A program made the translations under genes and the position numbers. DNA of 64,000 nt from a virus (lineage: Duplodnaviria > Heunggongvirae > Uroviricota > Caudoviricetes), in the IMG/VR virus record IMGVR_UViG_3300044295_000252, positions 66,682 through 130,681 of that record; one strand, given 5' to 3'. Each line of letters begins with the position of its first letter. Position 1 is the stretch's first letter. A model generated the notes under the pieces. That model ran no database searches. It was not told the origin of the DNA and saw only the letters and a program-made list of their open reading frames with translations. Of the stretch, positions 63,311-64,000 are shown piece after piece.

Positions 63311-63724
63311 TATCAGCTCAACACCGGCTTCTGCAAACATCTTTTCTGTTAATCGAAAACTATCTTGCCAGCGTGGATTGTCATTAAGCAAAGTGACTAC
63401 GGTTTTGATGCCGCTTTGTATCACTATACCAGCGCAGCGGCTACAGGGCATAAAGGGCCACGTGTAAAGAGTGCAGCCCTGCAAGTTTTGATTGGCAAAT
63501 ACAATGGCATTGATTTCACCATGCACTATCATTTCATATTTGATTTCACGCTGCTGAAGACGCAGATCAGAATCCTCAACACCACGTGGAAATCCATTAT
63601 ACCCGGTACTGACGATACGACGCGAATCGTCAACAATTACTGCACCTACTTTAGTGCTGGGATCTTTACTCCAGTTTGCGATATGTTCAGCTAATTTGAG
63701 AAAACGGTCATTCCAGTCAGTCAT
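63296..63724 (-). CDS. dCMP deaminase (cytidine/deoxycytidylate deaminase family)
   Basis: HGEINAI (zinc His/Glu) and PCSRCA (zinc Cys pair). 142 aa. Confidence 0.85.
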   Translation of the reverse strand: MTDWNDRFLKLAEHIANWSKDPSTKVGAVIVDDSRRIVSTGYNGFPRGVEDSDLRLQQREIKYEMIVHGEINAIVFANQNLQGCTLYTWPFMPCSRCAGIVIQSGIKTVVTLLNDNPRWQDSFRLTEKMFAEAGVELILLKR

Positions 63725-63727
63725 AGA

Positions 63728-64000
63728 TTAAATTATAGTTGCTAGGAACAAATAAGTCAACATATGAGCTGCTTGATCTACACCGAACCAACGCCAAAAA
63801 TGTGGGTGCGATTGGTTTTTTGGACCGTATTTGCTCTTAATATAGTCTATATGGTAGTGAGCTATGCCGTCAATTAAAGCCAATTGCAAGCTCAGTGACC
63901 AGCTGCCGGTTACACTTAATGCTACCAGCAATGTACCTATAGTATGATGTAAGCTATGTACTACGCCGCCCCACGCACCATAAATGCCCTTATTTTGAAT
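63728..64000 (-). CDS. membrane protein, partial (5' end beyond window)
   Basis: His-rich motifs HYHIDYIKSKYG..HFWRWF resemble fatty-acid hydroxylase/desaturase-type di-iron membrane enzymes. The ORF probably continues past position 64000. Confidence 0.35.
   Translation of the reverse strand: MQNKGIYGAWGGVVHSLHHTIGTLLVALSVTGSWSLSLQLALIDGIAHYHIDYIKSKYGPKNQSHPHFWRWFGVDQAAHMLTYLFLATII
63732..63760 (-). promoter_or_regulatory. sigma70-type promoter (-35 TTGACT 63755-63760, 17-nt spacer, -10 TATAAT 63732-63737) immediately upstream of dCMP deaminase
   Basis: Reverse-complement reads TTGACTtatttgttcctagcaacTATAATttaatctATG. Lies within the 3' end of the upstream ORF. Confidence 0.55.

Overview
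The window looks like part of a large virulent dsDNA bacteriophage (myovirus-like) of a Gram-negative, probably proteobacterial host. It is not a prophage: no integrase, repressor or host flanks are visible.

Organisation. Positions 1-18.4 kb run on the + strand. They carry infA (translation initiation factor IF-1), three large fibre or receptor-binding proteins, and a modification cluster of GT-like paralogues plus four tandem radical-SAM enzymes. Almost everything from 18.4 kb to 62.7 kb is on the - strand. It begins with a PLP aminotransferase and an SDR epimerase, then ThyX and a MoxR AAA+/VWA-metallopeptidase pair. Next come an RNA-ligase-like protein, a type IV pilin-like protein, an SPFH lipoprotein, a dNMP nucleotidase and an outer-membrane beta-barrel protein. 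These are followed by a PHP-less DnaE-type polymerase, a zinc alcohol dehydrogenase, a Gfo/Idh/MocA oxidoreductase and an FkbM methyltransferase. An AT-rich island then holds a TctC/Bug-like binding protein, a FabK/NMO-like flavoenzyme and two more radical-SAM paralogues. The arm ends with nadV (NAMPT), a NadM-Nudix enzyme and dCMP deaminase.

Most striking features:
- about 24 tandem paralogues, in two arrays, of a small Trp-rich protein family ending in ...F-x-L-[RK]-W, joined by ATGA/GTGA start-stop overlaps;
- a highly conserved sigma70-type promoter plus 5'UTR cassette (TTGACA-N16/17-TATAAT, then AGCGGTATAGTTAATAACAAGGAG) repeated at least 17 times upstream of - strand genes, some in leaderless configuration;
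- a tRNA-Ile2 (anticodon CAU) gene interrupted in the anticodon loop by a 190-nt group I (IC3, Azoarcus-like) intron;
- six radical-SAM paralogues in two clusters, with sugar-modifying enzymes, next to the fibre genes.
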